Source of the DNA: Botryllus schlosseri
Taxonomy: Eukaryota
DNA length: 64,000 nucleotides
Direction of reading: 5' to 3'
Assembly: GCA_051294905.1 (NCBI GenBank)
Contig: CM119372.1
Location: 13,642,001-13,706,000 of the forward strand
Shown: one piece after another, positions 42,501 through 55,270 of the stretch
Layout: every line of letters starts with the position of its first letter
Position numbering within the stretch: the stretch's first letter is position 1
Translations under genes and position numbers: made by a program
Notes under the pieces: generated by a model
The model's database searches: none
What the model saw: only the letters and a program-made list of their open reading frames with translations
Told to the model about the DNA's origin: nothing

Positions 42501-43938
42501 AACAGTATCGTAATGGATTGGTAAGACCTATATTCTGGATGGCCGAAACTATATCGGCGCAATTAAAATCAGAGGTAGCCTAATCTGATGCCTACCCATC
42601 ATGAAAATCAAGGGGGAGGCAGAACACGAATCCCAGCTGCGAATGCTGTGGAAAATAGCTTCTCTGGGGCATATTTTACAAGTATGTCCACGGATCTATG
42701 GCACTCGCATTAAAGGGCACAATCGGGTTGTCAGTTACGTGAAAAGCACAGCTGAACGCAAAGGTCGCCAGGTATGGGTCGAGTCTACAATCAAAACATC
42801 AGAGACATGGAGGAGACCTGATCTAATACCGGAATACGAAAGTGGCAACGATAATGGATGTCAACATTGTGTCTGACAACGCCGACCTGGATAAAGAGCG
42901 GAAAGACCAAGTGGAGAAATACCAAACTCCACTTATCGTGCAATGGGTAAAATCCAGTGTTGGGATGACTCGAGTCATGACTTGACTCGAGTACACTTTT
43001 TCGTATGACTTGACTTGACTCGAGTCACTTCCCAAAAATGACTTGACTTGACTTGACTCGGCCCTTCAAAAATGTGGATTGACTCGTGACTCGAAGTAAA
43101 ATTTACGAGTCAATTTCAAGTCATCAAGTACACAGTATCGATAAAATCACCGAATCTTAAATATGTTACGATTGTTCGAGATACGCCGGTGTCACTCGTG
43201 AGAGCAACCAGTCATTCACTGATTGTACCTATCACTGGACCTCCATTGTTACATCACAAATAAATTGTCCGCAAACGAAATGATCACAGCCTACGTTGTC
43301 ATAGTAGTAGCAGATTAATCTAGTAGCAACGCATCTTTGTTTCTTAGACGGCTCGATGCTCACATTGCGCGATGCTGCTCTTTACCAACCCTCTTGTATA
43401 GTTTGATTCAAACGAATATGTGTTTATATTCTCATGGATGTGTAGATGGGTATTGTATTGTACAATATCAATTTGTATCACCTTCTCGCGGATTATTATT
43501 CGATCCTCTAGTTTTTCTGATGCTACTAGACTGCATCATTCAGCTACACGGTTACTCAGGTAATTAAATTTATATTCGTTGTTTGATTCAAGATAAATGG
43601 TCAATTAATCTGTCTTTCACACAACGAGCAATATAGTTAATGACTTTGAATCATCACTCATACTCAGAGGTGGTCAGTAACGAAGTAGCCTACTTCTATT
43701 TTTTCGAAGTACTCAAGTAGTTTTCCTCTACTTCTGCTACTTACTCAAGTAGATCTGATTTTCGCTACTTCTACTTCGTAATATTTTGTGATCTACTTAC
43801 TTACTTTTCGCTATTTTCAGTTTGTCAAGTAAAAGTAGTTTAATCCTCCAATCAGGAAGATAGCCTGTAGAATTTCGGGGCTGTCTTCACGGAGTATCTA
43901 CATTTAATTTTCATACAAGTTATTATTATTATTATTAT

Positions 43939-44860
43939 ATTCTTTATTCACAGTAAAACTGGTAGATACACACATAATCCGGGGAGCAACCTGCCCCCAA
44001 AGGAAAATGGCGAGATTGGAGTAAATTTTTAAAATTTCAGTAATACATTCAAATTGTTATTCCTATGCAATACACGGAGAAGTCAGATTACAGAATTGCA
44101 GCAGATGAAGAATTGGCAAGGGTTACAGAGCAGAGGTAGAGATGATTGAAGATGAAGAATCGAAATTACAGAAATTATGCTGTGATTCACAAGCGTAATT
44201 TTAGTCCAGTGGTGCATTCAAGGCCTTCCGAAGAATGTGCACAGTGCCCAATAATGTGATCTTCTGGATCATGTCGAATCGAACGTTACCCGGAATTTGT
44301 TGGATATGTCTCATGAGTTTTTTGCTCACGACCCCTGTAGCACCAATGACTATCGGTACAATGTTTATTTTGCATCGCCACATTTTCTCACATTCCATTT
44401 TGAGGTCTGCGTATTTGGAGTATTTTTCTGATTCTTTTTGCAGTAGGTTGTGATCAGCTGGGACAGCCAGTTCAATGAATAAGCATTCTCTTTTCTTTTT
44501 TAGTTTGACGATTATATCCGGGCGGTTGCTCCTGATTTCGCGGTCAGTTATAACTGGTACATCCCACAGAATTTTTACTTGTTCGTTTTCTGTCACTGGT
44601 GCTGGGCTGTAATCGTACCAATTTTTTGTCGAAGTGGTGATGTTAAAATGTTTGCATAATTCAAGATGAATGTAGTGACCAATCCTATTGTGTCTCCATG
44701 TGTATTCGGTAGCTGCAAGTGCACCACAGCCGGACATGAGATGTGCTACAGTTTTATTTTGGTTGTGGCACATTCTGCATTTGCCGTCCGTGTTTTGCTT
44801 CAGAATTCTTTTGCGATAGTATTTTGTAGGAAGCGATTGGTCTTGTGCTGCGAAAATGAA
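43939..44860 (-). mobile_element. 5'-truncated R4/Dong-like non-LTR retrotransposon (CCHC + RLE; ORF end 44201-44860 is uninterrupted)
   Basis: FIFAAQDQSLPTKYYRKRIL..CRMC....TVAHLMSGC..LA..EY..RHN, ILWD..V.TDR....NRPDI, IELAVP.D, EKYSKY.DL, PIVIGATG. Flanked on both sides by (TAA)n. Confidence 0.85.
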
Positions 44861-45213
44861 TTATTATTATTATTACACGGGTATTACAGTGACGCTTATC
44901 GCCGTTTAGGCCTTGTGCGTCACGACACAGATATAGGTACAGTTCAGTTTCATAATACAGTCATTATCTTCAACATCATATGCATTGCTTCCTCGTTGGA
45001 CGACTTTCAATCAGCGCATTCACTTTTCACTCTTCCTCTTGCATGCGTCCGTCTTCGGGTCTCAGCTGCCGACTTTATGAGAGCGTGGCTTGCTCTTGCT
45101 CTTTTCAACACACTGTTTGTACAGCGGGATCGGCGATGAGGAGCCCAGATAACCTCCGACACATGGAAACATGGTAGAGCCGAGACTCGAACCAAGAACC
45201 ATTGATGTCCTGA
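44861..45213 (-). mobile_element. 5'-truncated tRNA-derived SINE with (TAA)n tail
   Basis: B box GGTTCGAGTCT and shared core TCGGAGGTTATCTGGGCTCCTC. The 12-bp TSD TTCATACAAGTT (43910-43921, 45214-45225) brackets the SINE plus the R4 fragment. Confidence 0.75.
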
Positions 45214-46685
45214 TTCATACAAGTTGAGTAAAGCCGAAAATTTTCATCGCGCTTCGCGCTCAGTGGATACGGAGTAACCAGTCTGATTTCACGAAAGTAT
45301 CGGTGAATGTAATTTGGGTAGGGGGTTGGCGTGGTTCCGTCCACACCGCATTGTCGCCCTTTGCCCATATGAAATATTTCATCACAGTATGTATGGCTCA
45401 TCATAACGTTTGAAACTGATGTTTCGCAATCTAGCATTTACTTATCATATCGTAATCTAGCAGTCCATAGCGTGTCCTAATCTTACTTTTCTTTTGTTCT
45501 AGAACTGTTTTAGCATACCAGCCTTCGAAACTTTCTGGACTAAAAACATGAAATACGGGCCTTATAATATGGGGGAGTGCGCCAAACCATGATATTTACT
45601 AAACGTGCTGTTCGATTAAACATAGGATTAGTATCGCATTTCCATATCAATACTATCATTTTCATCCCATGACGCGGACGAGCACTTATGCTGTTGAAAA
45701 TTGAATACCTCCTGGTATGCATCAATATGAATCAAGCCTGGCACTTTTCGCATATTTCCATATCAATACTATCATTTTCATCCCACGACGAGGACGAGCA
45801 CTTATGCTGTTGAAAATTGAATACCTCCTGGTATGCATCAATATGAATCAAGCCTGGCACTTTTCGCATAGCTCAATTTGCACCATTTGACAATCCATGC
45901 GAACGAATTATGATCGTTTTCACAACTACTTACTTACTTGAGTAGATTTAAAGTCAGTCAATTCTACTTCTACTTCAAGTAGTTTTAGGTTGCTTTAGTA
46001 CTTCTACTCGTACTTGAGTAGATATTTTCGTCGCTACTTCTACTTCTACTTGGGTAGCTTTCTTGACTACTTTAACCACCTCTGCCGTACTTCGAAAATT
46101 CAATTTGACTTGAATTGTGACTTGACTCGTGACTTGACTTGACTCGACTTGACTTGACTCAAGTCACCTCCAAAAATCGAGTGACTTGACTTGACTCGAG
46201 TCAAAATGTGCAATGACTCGAGATGACTCGTGACTCGAAGGTAGTGACTTGATCCCAACACTGGTAAAATCACGAACAAAGATGGAGGAGATACGTGTCG
46301 CCGGTATAGTGCTGGACTGGAGAGGTTCCTGGGGCGTTAGAAGCGCGGAAGAACTGATCAAATCTGTGGGTATGACAGTCGCGGACCTCCGGGAAATTGC
46401 AGCTATCGTATGCGAGGGAGGTTTCCACGAATGGATCATGTGGAGCAAGTCGACTTATCGCATTGCTCGAAGGTCGCGTTATAGACGATGAATTGCCCGA
46501 AAGGGTGACGAAGCCCCGAAGACTCCGACGCGTATTATGGGTTAAGCTTTTTCCATGCTCTTGCAGAACGAAAGCGAATAAAGCATGCTTAGGACTATAG
46601 CATTTACATGGTGTGTTAGGAGGGCCTGTGACCGAGCTAGCGCAGCCCTGTATACTGCACTAGGCCTTTATAAGCAATAAACCTT

Positions 46686-47547
46686 CGAAGTAGAAGTAGC
46701 GACTCAAAAATCTACTCAAGTACGAGTAGAATTAGTCCTTTTTAAAGCAGCCTAAAACTACTTAAATTAGAAGTAGAACTGACTGACTTTAAATTTACTC
46801 AAGTAAGTAAGTATAGTTGTGAAAACGATCGTAGTTCATTTGCATAGACCAGGGGTGTCAAACTCAAATTGCTCGCGGAACTGAAACTAATTTGAACTCA
46901 AAGTATGATACTGGTAATTGAAAGAGAAACATAAATACTACTTTTAAAAAGCGGAAAATGTATTTCATGTCTTTTGTCCAGAAACTTTCTACATAGTGGT
47001 CTGCTAAAACGGGAGTAAAGCTAAGAAAAAGTCAGAGTCCACTTTTCCAGATTAGTACACGCCAGGGGCTGCTAGATTATGATATTACAGGTAAATGCTA
47101 GATTGCGAAATGGTAGTTTCAAACGCTATGAGGGGCCATATTTACTGGGATGAAATATTTTATATATGGGCGACATTGCGGTGCGATCGCATCCACTCAA
47201 CCCACTACCTAAAATTATATTCACCAATACGTTCGTGAAATCATATTAGTCTACTGTGCGCGAAGCGCGACGACAATTCTGAGCTTAATACAACTTCTAT
47301 GAAAATTAAACGTTGATACTCCGTGAAAACAGCTCTCAAATTCCTCGGAATATCTTTCTGATTAAAGGATGAAACTACTTCTACTTGACAAACTGAAAAT
47401 AGCGAAAAGTAAATAAGTAGACCACAAAATATCACGAAGTAGAAGTAGAAGTATCGGTAGATTAGATCTACTTGAGTAAGCAACTACTTGAGCAACTACT
47501 TGAGTACTTCAAAGAAGTAGAAGTACTTCGTTACTGACCACCTCTGC
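46686..47547 (-). mobile_element. TACTT-repeat element copy, truncated
   Basis: Ends GTTACTGACCACCTCTG; reverse-complement similarity to 43665-46084. Confidence 0.7.
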
Positions 47548-47780
47548 AGAAAACTCATAAATTGGTTTTCGATTTAGCTTTTGGCCAGATACATTTGAGT
47601 CAAGTCCAAGTCAGGAAATAGGAGGTATAAGACACCAAAATCGCTAATATATATATATATATACTACGTGCTGCGATTTGACATGATTATTTTTGACAAA
47701 GTATTCAACATCTAGCTCAGAATTATTGATCTGCGTATAGTCCTACTTTCAAATGTCAGAGGTCTCTTAACAGTCATAAC

Positions 47781-49080
47781 TAGGGCAAGATTTTGTTGCA
47801 CTAAAATCACGAGAAAATTGCACTTAATTTTAAGCAAAGTTACAGTAAAACGTGGCATTTATAATTTTTGCTGAATTAGTAAGGGCATGACATACTTGAA
47901 AGGTTCCGTTGTATAACCTATAGTTCCTGCATATCTGTCAAATTTGTTGCTTTGCCATTTCACGGAGAGTCTGGCGACTGGTGAGACCGCAAGAAATTAC
48001 ATTTTTCACCGGTACACAGCAACAAAATTACGCAATGCGGGACTAATTTCCCCCCGAAAGTCAAACAGCAGAGCGATTACCCCGCCCCCTACAAAAAGTC
48101 AAATAACACGCCCCAAACCCCCTAGGTCTGCGAAATTGACCCAAGGCATTGCAGAAAAACTCACTCTTACTCTTAGCGACTTTGACAAAATCAATAGCCT
48201 GAAAAAGGTGACCCAGTGAAATGTAATTTTCGGCGGTCTCGTCTGGGCGTTCGTGAAATGGGAAGCTATCTCAAATTTAAACGATAGAATTCATATAGAG
48301 ATCTATTTACATATTGTTCGGGCATGGTCGTGTTTCGGTTGCGCTTGGCAGGGGCAGTTGAACTTCTTGCTTGCAAGACATTGTGTCATATATAACAGTC
48401 AGATGCAGCTAACCTATCATATAGCTCATTGTTATGCAAATCAAAGAGAATAGAATCATACCGGAAATAGTCTATAGCAGTGGTACCCAACGTGGGCGAT
48501 ATCGCCCCCCAGGGGGCGATTTGGTGGTCTAGGGGGGCGAAAATGACGAAGGGGGCGACAGGGGGCGAAAATGGACAAAGGGGGCGACTGGGGGCGAAAA
48601 TAGCGAAGGGGGCGATAGGGGGGCGATGACGCTTCAAAACGGATGACCTTTTTTTTTAGTCAACCCAAGGTAATTTAGTTACAAAAGTGTGTCAAATTAG
48701 ACATCGAGCCGAAAATTTGACCTTTTTTTTTTAGTCAACCCGCAGGTGATTACAGTTTGTATGCCCAATTTTCGGTACACAAAATTTGGGGGGCGATGAT
48801 CGGTGTTGACCTTGAAAAGGGGGCGATGGGTTGAAAAAGGTTGGGAACCACTGGTCTATAGCATGTTTCAAATCACTCCTTTACATTTTGATGCAATATT
48901 TGATCAATGTTGCAGTGAAAATTGGCATAAAAAATAGAGAAAAGTTGCAAAAAGTTGCACTATAACATCCCCCGAAACAGCTTAAAACGCCATAGTAAAT
49001 AGATTCTGAGTATCTAGGAAGCTGTCGAAAGCTGTAAAATAAAGTTGCAAAAGTTGCAAAAGTTGCAAAAACATGACCTA
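47781..49080. mobile_element. hAT-type element with AAGTTGCA repeats, hosting the GGGGGCGA MITE
   Basis: TAGGGCAAGATTTTG...CAAAAACATGACCTA; TSD GTCATAAC/TTCATAAC. Confidence 0.6.
48478..48853. mobile_element. hAT MITE with GGGGGCGA repeats
   Basis: CAGTGGTACCCAAC...GTTGGGAACCACTG; perfect TSD GTCTATAG. A related left end starts at 51600. Confidence 0.85.
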
Positions 49081-50356
49081 TTCATAACATTCCATGCCAT
49101 CAAACAATGCACTGGTATCGCAAACATTCTGGTTCCTCTTTTTAATATTTTTTAGATATGACGATAAGGGGGCCGCAAATTTTTTCACTACCATTAAGGG
49201 GGGCGTGTCTTAAAAATTTTGAGAGAACCACTATGCTATCAGGCCGAATCTTTCAGTCGCCAATCCGCAATATAATTGCTAAATATAGCGACAAAATGCT
49301 AAATTGACATTTTCTAATGGCAGCTAGCTATATTATGCTTGTGCAATGAGGGATAATGAGTCAGTAGTGAAAACAATATTAACCCATTTACTAGCATGAA
49401 TTGCTATCCGATAGTATACATAAATATAGTAGCCTATATCTAAGTCCACTTGGAAGCTGTTTGATAGACCTGGATTGTGACTGGAATAGTCATTTCGTTA
49501 GTATACACCAGGAATAGGGGCAAGGGTATGAGTAAATAGGCTATTGCTCATCAAAACGTCTGAAACTATACCGTTTCGCAATCTAGCATCTACCTATCGT
49601 ATCGTAATCTAGCAGTACTTTCCGTGTCCTAATCCGGAAAAGTTGTTTTTAGACTTTTTTGAGCGTTGGATCTGTTTTAGCATACCCCCGTTGAAGCTTT
49701 CTGGACAAAAGACATGAAATATATTTTCCGCTTTCAAGAAATACCATTTATATTTCTCTTTTAATTCGCACTATCATTGCTTTGAGTTCTTTTATCTGGA
49801 GAACATACAGGTTGAAGTTTAAAATCAAAGGGTGGTATTGCTTCTATTTTCCTGAAATAAAACTACAATATAAGCTATATGGCATTTTTACGATCCGCAA
49901 TATTTTCTATTAACGTATACCGATCGCACAAAGTGTTCGTATCCGATACAGCTCTTTCGTATTGCTTTTCGTCTTAACTTCGAGTCTTGTGATACAGGGA
50001 GGACGTCATGCCATTGTCATTTTATGAAACTGGGTGTTCGAGTAAACAAAAGATTAGAAACGCTTTTCCATAGCAAAATTATTATTAGCATCCCATGATG
50101 CGGTCGAATGATGCTTATGCTGTCAAAAATGCATACCTCCTGGGCTGCATCAATATGTCTCAAGCTTTCTGCACCTTGCGTATAACTCAATTTTCATCTT
50201 TTGAAAGTCCACAGATATTATGACTGTTTCGCAACTACTTACTTACTTGAGTAGATATAAAGCCAGCCAACTCTATTATACTTGAAGTAGTTTTAGGCCC
50301 ACTTTTAAAAGTACTTTACTTTACTCTATATATATATATATCGACTTTTCAATTAG

Positions 50357-50542
50357 ATAAAATAAAAAGGGCAAATAAAATAAAAGGGCAAAATAAAATA
50401 AAAAGGGCAAAATAATATAAAAAGGGCAAAATAAAATAAAAAAAGGGCAAAATAAAATAAAAAGGGCAAAATAAAATAAAAAGGGCAAAATAAAATAAAA
50501 AGGTCAAAATAAAATAAAAAGGGCAAATATAATAAAAAGGGC
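50357..50542 (+). repeat. Minisatellite (AAAATAAAATAAAAAGGGC)n
   Basis: About 9 copies of an ~18-21-bp unit. Confidence 0.9.
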
Positions 50543-51018
50543 GTACTTGAGTAGATTTTTGCGTCTCTAATTATACTTCTACTTGAGTAGCTTTCTTGAC
50601 TACTTTGACCAACCTTTGTTTATGATGAGCATGCAATTCATGCTGACGATCACGGTAGTGTTTCATTTCGCATGCAGCGATGAATAACAAACATATTTCT
50701 CGGAGATAATGGGTATTTAGGCGGTTTCCTGGGTACGCATGACTTGCCGGAGGTACATGGATTACATTCACTCTCAATTACATGATTCGACCTATGCTAG
50801 CTTACCAACATGTTCCTTTCGTTTTGCAGATGGAGCGATGACGGTGGGAAGGCAAACTCAGACCAGGGTAAAATAGCGTAATACATGTATTTTTTACTTT
50901 CTATATAGCTGTAGAAACATGTACTGTACTCAAGTAGAAATAGGAGTAAATCTTTGATTTATTCTTACTTACTAGCAAAAGTAACCAACCAATGATCGAA
51001 GTAGAGGTTGGTGTACAC

Positions 51019-51123
51019 CAGTGGTTCTTTACCATTTTCCCTCCTGCGACCCTTTTCGAATATTAACATGATCTGGCGCCCCCGACAAGGCGATGGCGAT
51101 GGCGACAAGGTTAAGAACCGCTG
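51019..51123. mobile_element. 105-bp hAT MITE
   Basis: CAGTGGTTCTTA...TAAGAACCGCTG; perfect TSD GTGTACAC. Confidence 0.8.
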
Positions 51124-51261
51124 GTGTACACGCAGTCGCTGCAGCTGGCAAATATTTTATAAGGCGATGGTGATTTTCAAACGTAATATCCTCCACATGG
51201 TTTAATGAAAAATACTCTCCTTTTCCATGGAGAAAAACTGATTTTAATTGATACATTTCAG

Positions 51262-54200
51262 CAAATTCGATATCCTGGTATAGTTCAGGGAAGACAAACA
51301 TTTCAGCAAATGTCCTATCGTGCCATACCTCAACGAAGACAACCATACCAAACCGTTAATGAAAGAAGAGCAATTTTTCTCCCCGGTCCATATTCGTCAT
51401 ATCGTCAACCGAGATCATCGTCATCACGCTCAGAGAGCTCCACTGGAAATATTGGGCTTTTATTGTACCTACTGTTTCGAGATACAAGTAAGTTTTTACT
51501 CTTTATGAACTTTATCCTCAATCTGAAACGACTGCATTACACGAAGATGAAAATCTGATGTCATCAAGTCTAACAAGTTTAATACTTCCACATGTAGACC
51601 AGTGGTTCCCAACATGGGCGATATCGCCCCCCAGAGGGCGATTGTGTGAAACAGGGGACGGAAATAACAAAGGGGGCGATGGGGGGGGGCGAAAACATAC
51701 GAAGGGGTGAGAGCGAACGAAAATGTTAGAACGTCCAGTTAGATATATTTAATTACCCGGCAATCATATACCGGCAAAAAATACACGGAGATGTCTGATT
51801 TCGAAATTGCAAGATGTATCTTCCCGACCAACGCAAAATGACTATAATCTTCCAAAATATATTCCGTTACCGCGGCGTTGTATAAAACTGTTCGAGTAGA
51901 AGTCGAAGTAGTCTACAAAACAACAATTCGGGTATGGGGTGCAACGGTGACAAAAGTGGTTCGTTATAATCGAGAACGGGAATGATGTGATATGTCTAGC
52001 GAAATTCTCTCCAGATAAAAAAAAAATGGTCGAGTATATGCTAAAGGTTTGTGACTTCGATGGGCAAGCTCGAAATGTCAAATGGTACTCCGGTAATCGT
52101 GAGGGCTGACTTTAATTTGTAAAAGTCATTGAAATTTTCGGAGCAGTGACCGCAATGGAACTAATTCATAAACCCGGCAGTTACTAGTTTCCACGCATCT
52201 TTGATGCTTAGGATCCCATGAGATCAGTTTAAACTTATGACTTATGTCCATTTTTATGTTCACTGCTCACCACAGGTCACAATAACCACACAGACGATAC
52301 ATGCACTAATAATTGTACTAATTCATAATGAAGCACTGACGAGGACTGGGCGAAGGGGATGACATTATTTTTTTCAGTCATCAGCTCTCAAAATTCGCGG
52401 TCATGCTAATCATTGCTGCCCTTCATTTTAGATCCACGTCGATGCCAACCCTGCAGTTCCAAAAATTTCCTCGGGCTGGGTCACTTTGAGTCTGAGGCGG
52501 GCAACACTACGTTAACAAAATTCATCAAATACTGTTTTTGTCGTGCTTTAAACTTATAGTTTACATTAAAAACGGTTTTTTCCTTGTATTGGTGGATAAA
52601 TACGCGATTGATGTATCGATTCATGAATCCGGCCAGCAAAGTCCGCCATTTTCCCTCATTATGCCCGCCCACTGGAGAAGTTACCCCCCTGCTTTTTAGG
52701 GGTCCACGCAGCCGTCCCAAATAATTTAGTTGTCCTAATTAAAAAAGATTTGGACCCCTTGCTCTAGCGCACTGTTTCGTGACCTTTTTATCGCTCGTAC
52801 CCGTTGAAATTTCATGAAATTTTCTCGTATCCAGGATAGGAACAGAATTCTGTGAGGCCGGCCTCAAACGCTGGCCTTGCGCTCCCGCAGGGTCATTACC
52901 AGCCATCGAAACCGCTTACCCGATTTATACACACGGTTCACAAAAACACACTCTTTCCGTAGCGAATAGGCTGGAGCCCGATATTTTACAATTCACGAAC
53001 GCAAGAATTATCTATTCATTTCTATCGGCCTACCCCACCTTCGTTGTCTTGGCCCCACGGAACATGATTTCTTTTTTTCGCCAAGTAATGCATATTTTGT
53101 CAATAATAATGATAACTGCATAAATTACTACTCATTTTTGTCCTCTGTCTCCCCGTGTCATCAGATTTATCGGTATATAGTTGCTGGTGTGATATCTTCG
53201 AAAATTTGGTTATTAATCGTATGTTCATGCATGAGGTTCTTGCAGGTAGGCTTCGGGCGGGTCCGTTGTTCTTAATTACTTTATTGGAGCATGCTGTTAT
53301 TTCGTGACGTCCGGCCAGTATACATTGTCGCTACTCAAATGATATTGGTATCGCTCACACGTAGGCTACCTGACCAAACTGAAACAATATACCTTCTTTT
53401 CTGAAGCGCACGCGACTCACATTCGCATTTCTTCACAGTGCGGATTATTTTACTCGCAGGACCGCATTTGTACCGCGGAGCTACTATGATTTTGTAGCAG
53501 GGGAAGGTATACAGAATTTGAAAGCAACACAGCTACTGACACGAAATCGCGCGAGGCGCGAAAGAAAACTTTTGACTGACCAATTCTGCCCAAAAATATT
53601 CAACTTTATGTTGATTTGTGAAACAACATTGGGCCTTAAATAGCGCATAATTTCACACTATGTATCGTCCCCCCCCCCCGGCTATGGTGCTTCATGTCCC
53701 CTGATTAAGAACATGGAGCCCTGGTTAAGAATCGCTACTCTGGTGCGAACAAGTTCATATCTTCCATGATTGCATGGTCATGGTCATTGGTCATTACTCT
53801 AGTGCAGGGGTGTTCGAGCTTGAAATATATACGTGGTGTAAATTATCATAGTAGTTGAAGCACCATAAATACCATAACTAACAACGACAACGGTCAATAT
53901 GAACATGTGTCAACAACTCTTTATGAGCGGCGACCGTACGGAGATATCACCGCCAGCAAATGCTTAATTGCCACACTCTCAAATATCAGAAAACTGTATC
54001 AATTAAGTATATAAACTATAGAAGCCTGTCGAACGTAATTATTGACAGAAAAAAAGCACCAATGTCACGAGTGTCTTAGTTATTCTCCGGCCCATGAGCA
54101 GTACATGCTCCAGAATATGTAGTGGGTTTATAAAAGATACCAACAATTGTTCTCTAAACTGAGATTATCAAGATCAGTAATAATGTGCCTTCGATCATTA

Positions 54201-54897
54201 GCGACCGCTTGTACAGTCAACTGGGGAAGTTGGACGGAGTGTAATTTTCAAGACGTCAGACATCGTAATCGAGAGTGTCCTGATGGATTGGAAACGGAAG
54301 AGGGAGAATGCTCTATTGGTAAGAATATTTCTTGAATTATACTGCTCCAATTGTGGAATCCTAATAAAACCGCTTGAGATCTGTGACCAACACGATTTGT
54401 TCTCAGTAAAACAGCTCTCGAAACAGGAATTAGGCAGAAGAGTCACAGTTTTATACAAGTGAGGGAGTGGAGTTTTATAATAATGGTTTGTCGTTTATCG
54501 CCGAATGTAGCCTATGTCATGACCAACTTGGAGCACATGCGTTACTCAAAATCCAAGCATGGCATCGCGAGCCACATGCCCAAATCCCGATATGTTTTCG
54601 GATGCGAAACAGAACTCTCAAAACGCGCTTTAGTCGAGTCCCGCAGTGTGAATCAAGAATTTTATCTACTAAATAACGAGTTTAAATTGATGGTTGATCA
54701 CAGAATGTATGTCATGGGGATCTTGGAGCACATGCAGTACACCAGAGCACGTGGACGAAAAAAAATCAAGAACACGACAATGTGTTACCGGTTTCCAAAC
54801 CGAAGAGGAGGATTGCTATCCAAATGCAGGTTAACTTCAGATTTATCATGTCATGAATTGTTACTTGTCGGTACTATCAGGTTTCTCGTCTGCATGA
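51262..54897 (+). CDS. Partial gene for a small thrombospondin type-1 (TSP1)-like repeat protein; exons 51262-51487, 54202-54318, 54704-54829 and possibly 54881-54897
   Basis: Two symmetric phase-1 exons encode CTVNWGSWTECNFQDVRHRNRECPDGLETEEGEC and CMSWGSWSTCSTPEHVDEKKSRTRQCVTGFQTEEEDC (WxxWxxC...RxRxC). An upstream open exon ends GLLLYLLFRDT with a phase-1 GTAAGT donor. The start was not resolved. Confidence 0.55.
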
Positions 54898-55270
54898 CCT
54901 ATGCGTGCACCCATAATATGAGGGCCGTAAGAACACTTTGTCAGGGCCACTTGGGCATCGATAACCGGGAGATCAATTCAAACTCTTTTTACGTATTAAA
55001 CTGTCGCTAGACTTAGTGTACGCACAGCGCATAGCGAAGCACATACATGCATAATGCATATCGTATCCGTCATCGACCGAAATACGGTAGTTCGCGCCCA
55101 AGGAAAGAGCTTAATCGCGTATTTTACAAGTAGCCTTACGAGCAAAACGTCGTCAGTAATCAGTAAGTATCTGATCACGCAGAAGATTTGTTTTATTAGA
55201 TTACTTTCACGGCCTTTGAAGCGAAATCAGTAACTGGTCAATTTTGAAGATTTGTCAAGGAGAAAGTATG

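Larger units (their letters stand above)
43665..46084 (+). mobile_element. TACTT-repeat hAT-like element (CAGAGGTGG family)
   Basis: CAGAGGTGGTCA...TAACCACCTCTG termini. Internal sequence matches other copies at 46686-47547, 49540-50615 and 59455-61933; it contains a ~108-bp tandem duplication at 45634-45870. Confidence 0.8.
42955..46263. mobile_element. hAT element with GACTT/GACTC repeats inserted in the R2-like ORF
   Basis: CAGTGTTGGGAT...ATCCCAACACTG; perfect 8-bp TSD GTAAAATC (42947-42954, 46264-46271). Confidence 0.9.
40110..46682 (+). mobile_element. Degenerate R2-clade-like non-LTR retrotransposon (RT + CCHC + RLE), split by the insertion at 42955-46263
   Basis: Broken frames give RRRWQYWRCQNKYIRDRGKCARWIL, GPYG, ILIPK, YRPI, RQKAF, DLAKAFDSV, GVRQGDP, AFADD, FKYLGV, DGGLG, C..C....LGHILQVCP, HNRV and RRPDLI; after the insertion comes IVLDWRGSW. 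Removing the insertion restores QWVK|SRTK. Many stops and frameshifts; the boundaries are approximate. Confidence 0.85.

Noticed and set aside
39898..49233. One MITE enclosing the whole R2 region
   Set aside because: The ends CAGTGGTTCTC and GAGAACCACTA are compatible, but the flanks share no TSD.
54459..55010. 183-aa ORF as a single-exon gene
   Set aside because: It has a GTG start and no domain, and it overlaps the TSP1 exon in a different frame.
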